The notes beneath the pieces were generated by a model that worked only from the letters and a program-made list of their open reading frames with translations, ran no database searches and was not told the origin of the DNA. Of a stretch of DNA of 56,646 nucleotides, positions 39,190 to 49,174 are shown piece after piece; position 1 is the first letter of the stretch, and each line of letters starts with the position of its first letter. The stretch covers positions 1 to 56,646 of the forward strand of contig CASEAR010000110.1 in NCBI GenBank assembly GCA_949285835.1. Reading direction: 5' to 3'. The position numbers and the translations under genes were made by a program. The stretch is from an uncultured Verrucomicrobiota bacterium (GTDB lineage Bacteria; Verrucomicrobiota; Kiritimatiellia; RFP12; UBA3636).

Positions 39190-41112
39190 TCATATACGCG
39201 TAAACGCCATATTCCACGACGCACTGCCGCTGCACTCTGCATACAGGTCAAGCCTGAAAAGGGTGCCGTCCCTCCAGTTCGCCATGAACACTCCGTCAGA
39301 TTCCACGACCTTCGTTATGCCTGTGCACTTTATGCCAGACAGCGACAACCTCATCCCTGCCCATTCGAGCATCTCACCGCACTCCGAGACCACGGGAGCG
39401 GTCGGAGTATAGAGCGATATTTCGATCTTGAGAGGCAAACGGGACGACACCTGCTCCGACACAGTGACGGCCCCTGACGGCATGTCTGCGGAAAGCTTCC
39501 GGATATATTTGCATATCCCGGCGTCCTCCGGATACGCACGGCTCAAATCCAGACTCAGGAACGGATTTGCGCCGCCGTCCGAACAGCCCTCAATCTGAGC
39601 ATAAAACTGTGAGCCCGCGGTCTGTATCTTCCCGTTGAACCGCGCGGCGTTGTGTCCAAGGGCGCTTATATGCCAGGCGTTGTACCTCCTTGGGGAGAAA
39701 GTCTCACGCGTATACGTACGGTTCCCGGGGTCGACAATCACCGGTTCGCCGTCGTTGAAAATCCAGAACTGTCCGATATCGTTGTGGTTATGGCTCTCGC
39801 CGTTATGGCCGCCTTTAATTGCCGCCGCCGTGCCGGATCCGTCGCTATGCTGCCTTACAATCATTATCTGCGCGTCTTTGAAAAATACCACCGGCTCGTG
39901 TCCATACACCGTCTCATCCACCTCAGAAGGCGTCCACAGCAGATTTATAAGCATGGCCGAAACGGTATTTCCTCCGACTGAAGGAATCTTCCCGTGTCCC
40001 TTCCTGCGGGCCGCGAGAAAGGCTTTCGCATACCGTACCAGCTTCTCGCTGCCGGATAATCTGCCGAAGTAGAAGAACTCCGCCGGGTGATGTCCGGAAA
40101 ATTTTGGGCTTGCGTCCGCCGGATTCACAAACCAGTCGCCACAGATATTGGCGTCCGGGAAATATTCCGCCATGCGCTGTATAAGCGGCTCCCTGAAAAA
40201 TCTTTCTATTTGCCCCCTGTGCCCTTCATCGCACAGGAACCGCAGTTTGTTCACGAAAAGCAGCAGCATACGCCCGGCGACGCCCCAATACGACGGGCCT
40301 TCGTCGCAGGCTCCGTCCGGCTTGTACCTGGCGATGAACCGGTCGCAGGCCCTCACCAGTTTCATGCACAGGTGCGACATCCCCTCCGGATCTTCGGACG
40401 CATACCCGCATCCTGCCGCAGCGGAAATCACATTGTACGAACACCACGGAGTCCAGTTGTTGAATCCGTCAAGCCACCACTCGCCCTCTTCCATCGACAA
40501 AACCGGGAGAATTACACGCTGTTCGACTTCGCGCCGCACCCTCTCGAAGAACTCACGAGATACGCCCCTGAGGTCTTCTCCCAGCAGGAACAGCGTATCC
40601 CCGAGAACTCCGCCCGTCTGCGAAGCAAACAGATCTACACGGATCCCCGGCTTCGGGAAAGGATCCTCCCCTTCGTATGCACAATGGGACGGCACGGTCC
40701 ATATAGGCTCCGAGATCAAAGTCCATATGCCTTCAAGTATCTTCGGCAGAAACCGCCCCGACCGCTCTATGCACTCAGCCGCGACAAGCCGTGAAAGCAT
40801 AAAGCGCCTTTTGAAGTAAGGCGTCTCGTAAGGCGTGCGCAAACCCTTGCGCATGTAGTCAAACCATTGGGAAAGGGAACATTCCGGCCATGGGTCCCCG
40901 CAAGTCTCCTCCGCCCTCCTGACGATCTCGCCGCACCACTCGCGTTTCTGTTCGTCCGCAAGCAGCGCTTCCCATTCCCGTCTATGCGATGCGGAAGGGA
41001 ATTCCTCCCGCCAAAGTCCCTTTCTGAAGGACTCCAGCATAACGTTTTCGTCAACATACCTTGAAAGCAGATCCGCCTGAACCTGCGATTCTGCTGAATC
41101 CTGATCGTTCAT
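39190..41112 (-). CDS. Heparinase II/III-like polysaccharide lyase family protein
   Basis: NNWTPWC, DGACDEGPSYW, KGGHNGESHNHNDIG.F, VDPG...Y, HN; start codon uncertain. Confidence 0.8.
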   Translation of the reverse strand: MNDQDSAESQVQADLLSRYVDENVMLESFRKGLWREEFPSASHRREWEALLADEQKREWCGEIVRRAEETCGDPWPECSLSQWFDYMRKGLRTPYETPYFKRRFMLSRLVAAECIERSGRFLPKILEGIWTLISEPIWTVPSHCAYEGEDPFPKPGIRVDLFASQTGGVLGDTLFLLGEDLRGVSREFFERVRREVEQRVILPVLSMEEGEWWLDGFNNWTPWCSYNVISAAAGCGYASEDPEGMSHLCMKLVRACDRFIARYKPDGACDEGPSYWGVAGRMLLLFVNKLRFLCDEGHRGQIERFFREPLIQRMAEYFPDANICGDWFVNPADASPKFSGHHPAEFFYFGRLSGSEKLVRYAKAFLAARRKGHGKIPSVGGNTVSAMLINLLWTPSEVDETVYGHEPVVFFKDAQIMIVRQHSDGSGTAAAIKGGHNGESHNHNDIGQFWIFNDGEPVIVDPGNRTYTRETFSPRRYNAWHISALGHNAARFNGKIQTAGSQFYAQIEGCSDGGANPFLSLDLSRAYPEDAGICKYIRKLSADMPSGAVTVSEQVSSRLPLKIEISLYTPTAPVVSECGEMLEWAGMRLSLSGIKCTGITKVVESDGVFMANWRDGTLFRLDLYAECSGSASWNMAFTRI

Positions 41113-41174
41113 TCTGCGCCCCATATTGCATCCTATGGACATTTTCACTGAAAACACTGCCCGCGGCCGCCGCC

Positions 41175-42170
41175 TCAGCGCATCGTGGAAGTCCTCTCCA
41201 CTATTTCCGGAGAGAACCGCCTGATGCGGACCGGACGTCCCTCTATCAGACAATTCAGCACCTCGACAGCTTCGCGGCCGCGAGGATGCATCTGCTGCGA
41301 CACCGAAGATATCGGCACCGTCATAAAATCACAATAGGGGGAATTATCCACCCCGAGAACCATCACATCACGCGGCACAGCGAGCCCCCCATCCGCAAGC
41401 CCGCGTATGCAACCTGCCGCCTGCTGGTCGGACTGAGCGAAAACCGCGTCGAATTTCCGCCCGGAGGATATGAAATGCTTCGCCGCCATGAGCCCGGATT
41501 CATACGTGTATGACGCTGATTTGAAGATAAGCGCCTTATCGGCCTCCAACCCTTCTTCGCGCATCGCCTGACAATATCCCTCGGTGCGGCTTGAGTCTGT
41601 GAGGATGTGCGCGATGTGCACCGCCCCCTTGCGGATAAGGTAGCGCGCTGCCTCGAACCCAAGAACTTTCTGATCCATACCGATGTTCTCCACGTCCGGA
41701 TCGGCCTTCTCATCGTATATTGTCACTATCGGAAGCCCGGTGGCCTTGACCCTCTGAAGGGGCCTGTGGTATTCGCCATTGTTAAGCCCTGCGAGAATAA
41801 GCCCGTCCATGCTGTTCGGATGCGCGCCGTCGCACAGATCCTCCAAGGCTTCCACGGTCTCGAAGAACGCGAGCACAAGCCTCAGTCTGTGCTCCATCGC
41901 CGTCTTAGAGATGCTTACAACCAAGTCTTCCATCATCTGGCTGCCGCCGATGCCGACATGATGAATGTAAACCCCTATTGTATTATGACGGCCGCTCTTT
42001 AGCGCCGCGGCGGATATGTTCTTCTTGTAACCCAGGCGCCCTGCGGATTCCAGGACTTTTTCCTTCGTCTCTCTGGCGGTGCCCGTCGTGCCAAGCCTGT
42101 CGTTCAATATTTTTGAAACAAGCGAGATCGAGACTCCGGCGTCCGCCGCTATATCTTTAAGCGAAACCAT
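41175..42170 (-). CDS. LacI family transcriptional regulator
   Basis: VSLKDIAADAGVSISLVSKILN HTH; VPRDVMVLGVDN, ISSVSQ. Confidence 0.93.
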   Translation of the reverse strand: MVSLKDIAADAGVSISLVSKILNDRLGTTGTARETKEKVLESAGRLGYKKNISAAALKSGRHNTIGVYIHHVGIGGSQMMEDLVVSISKTAMEHRLRLVLAFFETVEALEDLCDGAHPNSMDGLILAGLNNGEYHRPLQRVKATGLPIVTIYDEKADPDVENIGMDQKVLGFEAARYLIRKGAVHIAHILTDSSRTEGYCQAMREEGLEADKALIFKSASYTYESGLMAAKHFISSGRKFDAVFAQSDQQAAGCIRGLADGGLAVPRDVMVLGVDNSPYCDFMTVPISSVSQQMHPRGREAVEVLNCLIEGRPVRIRRFSPEIVERTSTMR

Positions 42171-42208
42171 ATGCTGTCAAACCGTTGGCGTTGTGTATCT
42201 TCCTGCGT

Positions 42209-43477
42209 TCAATTCCCGAAAAAACCCAGAATGCAGTCCGCCAGAAGCTTGTGGCCTTCCGCTCCGGGGTGATTTATCCAGTTGTGAAGCTGCGAAAACG
42301 ACGGCGTGCCGCACATGTTCTGCCGGTCCCACGCCGCGCAAGTGTCAGCGACGCCGGCTCCCGCAAGAGCCGCCTCGCCCTTTATGATGCCGCGATACGC
42401 GTCCCACCTCCCGGCGTCGCCGTCAGGAGCGAACGGATTTGTGCGAATAGACGTGTGGACTATGACCTCCGTGCCGCCTTCCGCGGCCTCGCGCAGAAGC
42501 CGCCGGAACCCTTCCCGGAATTCTTCAGGCGGCACCGCCGGATTCACTCCGTCTTTGGAATGCGCATCGTTTATCCCGATCCCTATCACCGCAAGATCAG
42601 GCTTTGCATCTTTCGTCCGCTCCCTGTATGCATCCAGAACGTATTCTATGCCGCGTCCGCCGCGGAATATCTGCATCTCCGCTATGTCCGCGTCCGGGAA
42701 ACGCCTGCGCAATTCTCCCATAACGCGCCCCCTGTACGTGCCGGAATCGTCCTCCCACCACTTTCCGGCCTCAGCGCCGAGCGTTATGCTGTCCCCCACG
42801 AAGGCGATGCACACCCTGTCTCCGGCCATCAACTTCCGCCTGGTTTTTACGGCGGCCTCCGGATTCTGCGGGGGGACAACGGGCGAATCCAGACTGACCG
42901 GATACACCCCTCCCATTTCCGGCGCAATGTATATCCCGGCCACAGCCACGTGCCCGGCGTCTGGAACCGGCCTTACCGGACAAAGCAGCGATGGGACGCC
43001 CTCCACCACAGAGTGTTTCCCGGATCTGTCGCGCTGCACAAGGTCTATTCTCTGCATTCCGAACCTGACCTCCACCAGGAAACTGCCCGTCCCCGGCTCC
43101 CCCATTGCATCCCCGATAGACGCGATCTGCGCCCAGTCGTAATTCACGGCGTAATCCCGTCCCTCCGCAAGCTTCCTCCCGGAAACGGAATCGGTCACCT
43201 CCACTCCCCCGTCAAGAAGCTGTCTGTACGGCCCCCCGAGTATTATCGACCCGTCGCCGTCGTATCTGGGCGAAAGAGTCGCAGCGCCCGGGTTGCCTTT
43301 GTCCCCGGACGGCCACGCCCATCCCGGCTTCCATTGCCCGGAGAACCTCCCCGGCGCCTTGATTACCGCCTTATTGGTATACACGCCGGCAAGACCGCCG
43401 CTGCCGCCGCCGGGCTCCAGCCCGAACGCACCGCAAACCGCACACACTCCGGCCAAAACAACAAACGCCATGCGCAT
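42209..43477 (-). CDS. Exported SGNH/GDSL esterase
   Basis: FVGDSITLG, GIGIND, INHPGAEGH; signal peptide MRMAFVVLAG. Confidence 0.8.
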   Translation of the reverse strand: MRMAFVVLAGVCAVCGAFGLEPGGGSGGLAGVYTNKAVIKAPGRFSGQWKPGWAWPSGDKGNPGAATLSPRYDGDGSIILGGPYRQLLDGGVEVTDSVSGRKLAEGRDYAVNYDWAQIASIGDAMGEPGTGSFLVEVRFGMQRIDLVQRDRSGKHSVVEGVPSLLCPVRPVPDAGHVAVAGIYIAPEMGGVYPVSLDSPVVPPQNPEAAVKTRRKLMAGDRVCIAFVGDSITLGAEAGKWWEDDSGTYRGRVMGELRRRFPDADIAEMQIFRGGRGIEYVLDAYRERTKDAKPDLAVIGIGINDAHSKDGVNPAVPPEEFREGFRRLLREAAEGGTEVIVHTSIRTNPFAPDGDAGRWDAYRGIIKGEAALAGAGVADTCAAWDRQNMCGTPSFSQLHNWINHPGAEGHKLLADCILGFFGN

Positions 43478-43494
43478 TGCCGCACCGCAGCCTT

Positions 43495-45615
43495 TCAAAG
43501 CGGATGTCCGGAAGGCGCCCCCGCCCCGCCGGTCAGAAGCCTGAACCCGGCGGGCTCCCTGCCGGAGTGGCGCGTATTCCACTCCCACCTGTCCGTGCCG
43601 CGCGCCGCCGTCACCTCCACAATGAACGATTCCTGCCCCGTTCTGACCAGTTTCACAGACGGCTCTCCGCCCCAGAGGCCGAACACCGACGCCACTCGCA
43701 CCGAATCCGTCTCCGCCGTAAGCACCAGTTGCCTCCACCCCAGACTCTTCCCATGGTCATCCGCTGTGGAAACGGCAAACGACTGCACCATTGCGGCGTC
43801 GCAAACTGTCTGCATGGAGCACCGCTGCGTTTCCGACTCCAGAGTGTATCTCATGACCTGCCCCTCGGCGGCAGATATCCCGCGCGCCTGCATCAGCCAG
43901 TCCACGTGCACCTTCTCGGGTGCGCGAATGTCATCCAAAACTAGAACGTATTCCCCGTTCTTCCAGACGAATATCCTGCGGTATCTGTCCAGATCCGGCC
44001 TTGCCGCATTCCTTCCGCGGGCAGGCTTGATCGCTTTGTACGAACCCGCCGCCTCTCCCTCTATTACGGTCAGATCCCCTTCGCTCCGGTATGCGGTGAC
44101 AAACGCCATCTCCGTCATATCGACGCGGCCAACGGCAGGCTGCGTCCACATCTTCCCCTCGGTTCGCCCGGCGGACTCCTGACCTACTCCGTTTATAAGG
44201 ATCGTATTGTGATTCGACGACTTTTTGCTGTTGGAATACCTGTCCGTCTCAGCGAGAGTTTCCCCTCCGATGTGCAGAGTGAACGAATTTGCATCGGGAT
44301 CATCATGCGCCACGTTGACGTACCTGTATCCGTTTTCGTTTCTGAACCTGTTCAAAGTAAGTCCGCCAAAAGGACCGCACCGGAACATTGCCGCCCTAGC
44401 GTCATCCGACCAGTCCTCCCGAATGAACAAGGTGCCTATGTCTTCGAACATTCCCGCAGAAGGAAGTTTTGCCTCCGCATCCGCAGGCAGCGCCGGATCG
44501 GTCCAGATTATATCCATCCATGCGTACGCAAAAGCGTCCGGGGACGCCTCCCTGAATTTCCTCACCATCGCGTTCAAATCCGCCTGTCCATGCTCCGAAA
44601 CCGCCTTTAGCAGATACCCGTTGTAGTGCCCCAGCCCGCTTCCGTCGCCGTATGAAAACGAGTCCCTGAGCCCCGGCAGCAGCGAATGTATTCTGAACGC
44701 CGCCGCATTTTTGAAAAAATCCGACTTCAGATACGGCGCGCCGAACGCCCTGCCACCCGCCTGCATCGCAAGAGTAAGATGCGAGGCGCCGAACACAAGA
44801 TACGATGCAGACTCGTGGCTCGTGCCGTCCTGCGGGAGCCACGCCGCCACAAAATCCAGCTCCTTTTTTATCTCCGACAGAAGCCAGTTTTCTGACGGGT
44901 CCCCGTTCGCCGCGGTAAGCGCGGCCAGCGTCAAACCGGCGTCCCTGTGCCATCTGTGGTTGTTCTGCGGGTCTCCCTGCCAGTAATGCGTTCCGCTGTT
45001 GCCCATCAGATGGCCGCCGTAATACTGCCACCTGGCCATAAGCATAAGTTTCTCCCTGAAACGCTCGCGCAAGTCCGGATCAAGGTCGTCATACAGCCAG
45101 TCGAATGCAAGCGCGGCGCCAATCATGATATTGGCGGAACTCATTCCGCTGTTGCGCTCCTCTCCGGTCTCCCAGTCCGGCAGATTCAGCAGGAATTCGA
45201 TGAACCCGGCCGAGTCCCTGAGCGACGCCTCGTCTCCGGTAAGGACGTAATGGAGCGCCACAGTGGGAAGCTTCCAGAATCCCTGACGCTGCCCGTCCGT
45301 GGCATCGCGCAGGAAACTCGCCGTTTTCGGAGGCTTCGAGGCCTTCCTGTAGCCTTCCAGCTTCTCCATCAAAGGCCGTCCCTCAGGCGAATTCACAAAC
45401 TTCCGCATCGCCGGGATATCCTCCCTGCTGAAAAGCAGTCTCGGCCTCGGTTCAGAAGCCGGATCCCACGCCATAGGCGGTCTGGGCGACGCCGGATCGC
45501 TTTCCGGAACCACGCTTCCCGCCCAGCAGACAGACGCCGATGCAAGCACCAGCACAAACCCGGCAAAACAGCGGCAGACCGCGCCGCCCGCCAACAGACC
45601 AATTCTAATGCCCAT
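43495..45615 (-). CDS. Exported heparinase II/III / DUF4962-like lyase
   Basis: PRPRLLF, QNNHRWH, DGTSHES..Y, HDDPDANSF, HNTILING; signal peptide. Confidence 0.7.
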   Translation of the reverse strand: MGIRIGLLAGGAVCRCFAGFVLVLASASVCWAGSVVPESDPASPRPPMAWDPASEPRPRLLFSREDIPAMRKFVNSPEGRPLMEKLEGYRKASKPPKTASFLRDATDGQRQGFWKLPTVALHYVLTGDEASLRDSAGFIEFLLNLPDWETGEERNSGMSSANIMIGAALAFDWLYDDLDPDLRERFREKLMLMARWQYYGGHLMGNSGTHYWQGDPQNNHRWHRDAGLTLAALTAANGDPSENWLLSEIKKELDFVAAWLPQDGTSHESASYLVFGASHLTLAMQAGGRAFGAPYLKSDFFKNAAAFRIHSLLPGLRDSFSYGDGSGLGHYNGYLLKAVSEHGQADLNAMVRKFREASPDAFAYAWMDIIWTDPALPADAEAKLPSAGMFEDIGTLFIREDWSDDARAAMFRCGPFGGLTLNRFRNENGYRYVNVAHDDPDANSFTLHIGGETLAETDRYSNSKKSSNHNTILINGVGQESAGRTEGKMWTQPAVGRVDMTEMAFVTAYRSEGDLTVIEGEAAGSYKAIKPARGRNAARPDLDRYRRIFVWKNGEYVLVLDDIRAPEKVHVDWLMQARGISAAEGQVMRYTLESETQRCSMQTVCDAAMVQSFAVSTADDHGKSLGWRQLVLTAETDSVRVASVFGLWGGEPSVKLVRTGQESFIVEVTAARGTDRWEWNTRHSGREPAGFRLLTGGAGAPSGHPL

Positions 45616-46043
45616 TATCTTATTCCCCGAACACACCGCGCCCTGCCGCGCCGCATCTCCCTCATTCCGCCAGCCGGATTCGGAACAACGCCGCCCCGGC
45701 ATTCAACAAAACCGCCGGCCACCGTCCCGCGCCCGGCTCAGCCCGCAACGCCCGATTTTCAGGAATTATATCCCGCCTCTATTGCCCAACGCAATAAAAA
45801 ACGATTGATTCATGTGGCAAAACGCCCTGCGCGACGCAAAGCGGCGCAGCGCCCCGAATCGCAGCGCGCGTTTCCCCTCCCGCCGCGCAATGTAAATGCC
45901 GGTTTCAAAGCAAAAAAGTCTGGACTACGGATTGCGGTTGAATATATCCTTTCAGTATATGCTCTCCCCGGTATGCGCTGCGTGCGGGTGCATGCGGCGC
46001 GCGCTGCTGCGGGAAGGAACAAGTTCACTGATCGGTAAAATTT

Positions 46044-49000
46044 ATGAACAAGCAAAGCACTGTTGATTTCTTCAGGAACCCCGATGCGGGAGCGCGGGGC
46101 GCTCCGTTCTGGGCGTGGAACTCGGTAATCACTCCGGAGGAGGCCAGACGCCAGATCGAAGTCATGAAAGAAATGGGGTTCGGCGGATTTTTCATGCATT
46201 CACGCGTCGGGATGGACGTTCCATACCTCAAAGAAGAATGGTTCGACGTAGTCAAAGCTTCCATCGAAGCCGCAAAAGCCAACGGAATGAACGCGTGGCT
46301 CTACGACGAAGACCGGTGGCCCAGCGGCAGTGCAGGAGGACTGGTTACGCGCCCCAATCCGGAATTCCGCTCCAGAAGCATCGATTTTGAACTCGCCCCG
46401 TTCGGCGGAAATGAAGGCGAAACCCTCGCCGTCTTCGCAGTGAAGCCTTTTGACGGCGGCCCCGGCAGCGCGGTGACGGCGGAAGAACGCGACCCGCGGA
46501 AAGTTTTTCCCGGCGGTATAGCCTCCTTCCGCAGACTGCCCGGGAACAAAAATGCGGAGCTACAGACGGGGGAATACGCCGTGAGATTTTTCGTGCACGT
46601 CAGCGAGCCTGACTCCTGGTACAACAACGGCACATACGTAGACACCCTCAGCGTCGACGCAGTGTCCCGCTTCGTGGAAATTACGCACGAAGCGTACAAA
46701 AGGGAAACGGGCGGCGAATTCGGGAAAACTGTCCCTGGAATCTTCTCCGACGAACCCAATATGCCCAATTTTGCATGGACCGGCGAATTCCCGAGAATAT
46801 TCAGAATGATGCACGGATATGACGTGCTGGATAAACTCCCGGAAATCATGTTTCCGGTGCACGGCCGGACGTTTGTAAAAAGCAGGTACGATTTCAAAAA
46901 GACCGCCGCGCATATGTTCGTGACCGCGTTTGCCAAAACGATAGGCGACTGGTGCAGCCGCAACGGCCTGTTCTTCACCGGACATGTCCTCAGTGAAGAC
47001 ACTCTTATGGCTCAGACAATCTGCGCCGGCTCTGCAATGCAGTTCTACGAGTACATGAGCCTGCCCGGAATCGACCTTCTCACGGAATGCTGGAACATTT
47101 TCGGCACAGCCAAACAATGCGTCTCCGCTGCGCGGCAGTTCGGCCGGCGCAGAAGGCTCTCCGAAACATACGGATGCACAGGGTGGGACTTCCCGTTTGA
47201 AGGGCATAAGGCGCTGGGCGACTGGCAGCTTGCTCTCGGCATCAATCTGCGCTGCCACCACCTCGCATGGTACTCTATGGAGGGTGAAAACAAGCGGGAT
47301 TACCCGGCAAGCATCAACTTCCAGTCCCCGTGGTGGCGGAAATACCGCTTCGTGGAAGACTACTACGCCAGACTCGGGGCGGTACTCGACAGCGGCGCCG
47401 AGGTGTCCGACATCCTCGTCATACATCCCGTTGAATCCATGTGGGGCATCTTCTCTGGCACGGATTCCGCCGCCGTATCAAAACTTGAAGATGAATTCGT
47501 CGCAATACGCAATGAGCTCCTCGGCAGCCATCTCGAATTCGACTACGGCGACGAGGAGATCATGTCGCGCCACGCACAGGTTCTCAAAAACGGAACGCTC
47601 CGCGTGGGCGAATCGAAGTACAAGGCGGTTGTCGTCCCGGAACTGCTGACCATAAGAGCGTCCACGCTCAAGCTGCTTGCTGATTTCGCTTCGGCCGGAG
47701 GGCTTGTGATATCCATCGGGGAACCGCCCGCAAGAGTCGACGCAGAAGAAACCGGAGAGGCCGCGGAAGTGTTCGCCGGCTTCAAGCACAGCTCCGGCAT
47801 CTCAGGCATATGCCCGATGCTCGAGCACATCAGGCGCGTTTCCGTGAGGAGCGGCGGCTCGGAAATCCGGCAGGCTCTATGCATGGTCAATGAGAGACCC
47901 GACGGACTGGCCCTGTTCGTCTGCAATACCTCGCAGGAATTCGCAGACGCCAGATCTCAGATGAATTATCCCAAAGTCCGCTTCCGCAGAGACGAATTCC
48001 CGCAGGCCGAAATCTCCGTCAAGTATGGCGTCCGCGAAGCCTTCGTATACGAGTTTGACGCCATGACGGGCAGCATACTCACCGTAGACTCCTCATACGA
48101 CCCCGAATCGGCTCTCTGCACTTTCCGCACGTCCCTCGGGCGCTTGGCCTCGCGCCTTTTCTTCCTGACTTCCGAAAAAATCCCGGACGCCGTGACACGC
48201 CCCCCCTCAGGCCCGTCCGGCGCAGCAGTGCCGCTGCCGTGCGATTCCATGCCCGTGTCCATGGATGAAGACAACGTGATAGTTCTCGATCATGCGGAAT
48301 CTTTCGAAATAAACCACATCCCCGGAGACGCGTCTGGCGAGTTCGTGCTCCGCATAGACGACAGACTGAGAAAAACCATCGGAATGATGCCGCACGGAGG
48401 CCACATGTGCCAGCCGTGGGTCACGCGGAACGAGCCGGACGGACCATCCGCTGAATTTTCCGTAAAGTTCGCATTCGAATGCGCGGAACGCCCCGTTTCG
48501 GACTGCTTTCTCGCGTATGAAATGAGCAATTCCGCCGAAGCGTTCGTGAACGGGACAAAGGTCTCCGGGAACCGCGCCGGATTCTGGGTGGACCCCTGCC
48601 TCGCCAAATTCACAATCCCGGCAGGAATCATAAGAACCGGCCGCAATGAAGTGGTCATCAAAGGAACTTACACAAAACGCAGCACAGGACTGGAAGCTTG
48701 CTTCGTGTGCGGCAAATTCGGAGTCGACGCGCAGGGGGCGATGTGTTCCGCCCCTGCGGCGCTGTCCGCCGGAGACTGGACTTCGCAGGGGCTCCCCAAC
48801 TACACCGGCAATCTCTCATACGAGATTCAGATTCCGGACGGGGCAGTCTCTGGAGCATCCCGCGTATTCGTCAGAATACCGAAATGGAATGGCGCGGCGC
48901 TGGACGTGTCCGTCAACGGAAATACGCCGGTTATGCTCCCATGGCCGCCGTATGAAACTGAGATAACGAAGTTCCTCGCGCAGCACGATAACGTTCTGCG

Positions 49001-49169
49001 AATCACAGTCTACGGCAACAGAAGAAACGCCATGGGCCCGTTTTACTACAAAAACACGGCTGAAACCGCATGGTTCGGCTCATGGCAGCTCCGGGACCAC
49101 CAGACGTCCGAACGCGAACTGGTCGAAATGGGACTTCTGGCGCCCGTTGAAATCGCTGCCGGCAAATAG
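46044..49169 (+). CDS. Large glycoside hydrolase, GH106 (alpha-L-rhamnosidase-like)
   Basis: APFWAWN, GFGGFFMHSRVG, WLYDEDRWPSG, GIFSDEP, PGIDLL, LSETYGCTGW, KRDYPAS. Confidence 0.75.
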   Translation: MNKQSTVDFFRNPDAGARGAPFWAWNSVITPEEARRQIEVMKEMGFGGFFMHSRVGMDVPYLKEEWFDVVKASIEAAKANGMNAWLYDEDRWPSGSAGGLVTRPNPEFRSRSIDFELAPFGGNEGETLAVFAVKPFDGGPGSAVTAEERDPRKVFPGGIASFRRLPGNKNAELQTGEYAVRFFVHVSEPDSWYNNGTYVDTLSVDAVSRFVEITHEAYKRETGGEFGKTVPGIFSDEPNMPNFAWTGEFPRIFRMMHGYDVLDKLPEIMFPVHGRTFVKSRYDFKKTAAHMFVTAFAKTIGDWCSRNGLFFTGHVLSEDTLMAQTICAGSAMQFYEYMSLPGIDLLTECWNIFGTAKQCVSAARQFGRRRRLSETYGCTGWDFPFEGHKALGDWQLALGINLRCHHLAWYSMEGENKRDYPASINFQSPWWRKYRFVEDYYARLGAVLDSGAEVSDILVIHPVESMWGIFSGTDSAAVSKLEDEFVAIRNELLGSHLEFDYGDEEIMSRHAQVLKNGTLRVGESKYKAVVVPELLTIRASTLKLLADFASAGGLVISIGEPPARVDAEETGEAAEVFAGFKHSSGISGICPMLEHIRRVSVRSGGSEIRQALCMVNERPDGLALFVCNTSQEFADARSQMNYPKVRFRRDEFPQAEISVKYGVREAFVYEFDAMTGSILTVDSSYDPESALCTFRTSLGRLASRLFFLTSEKIPDAVTRPPSGPSGAAVPLPCDSMPVSMDEDNVIVLDHAESFEINHIPGDASGEFVLRIDDRLRKTIGMMPHGGHMCQPWVTRNEPDGPSAEFSVKFAFECAERPVSDCFLAYEMSNSAEAFVNGTKVSGNRAGFWVDPCLAKFTIPAGIIRTGRNEVVIKGTYTKRSTGLEACFVCGKFGVDAQGAMCSAPAALSAGDWTSQGLPNYTGNLSYEIQIPDGAVSGASRVFVRIPKWNGAALDVSVNGNTPVMLPWPPYETEITKFLAQHDNVLRITVYGNRRNAMGPFYYKNTAETAWFGSWQLRDHQTSERELVEMGLLAPVEIAAGK

Positions 49170-49174
49170 CGTCT

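Noticed and set aside
42185-44182. 665-aa + strand ORF
   Set aside because: Antisense shadow of the SGNH esterase and lyase genes; Arg/Pro-rich with no recognisable motifs.
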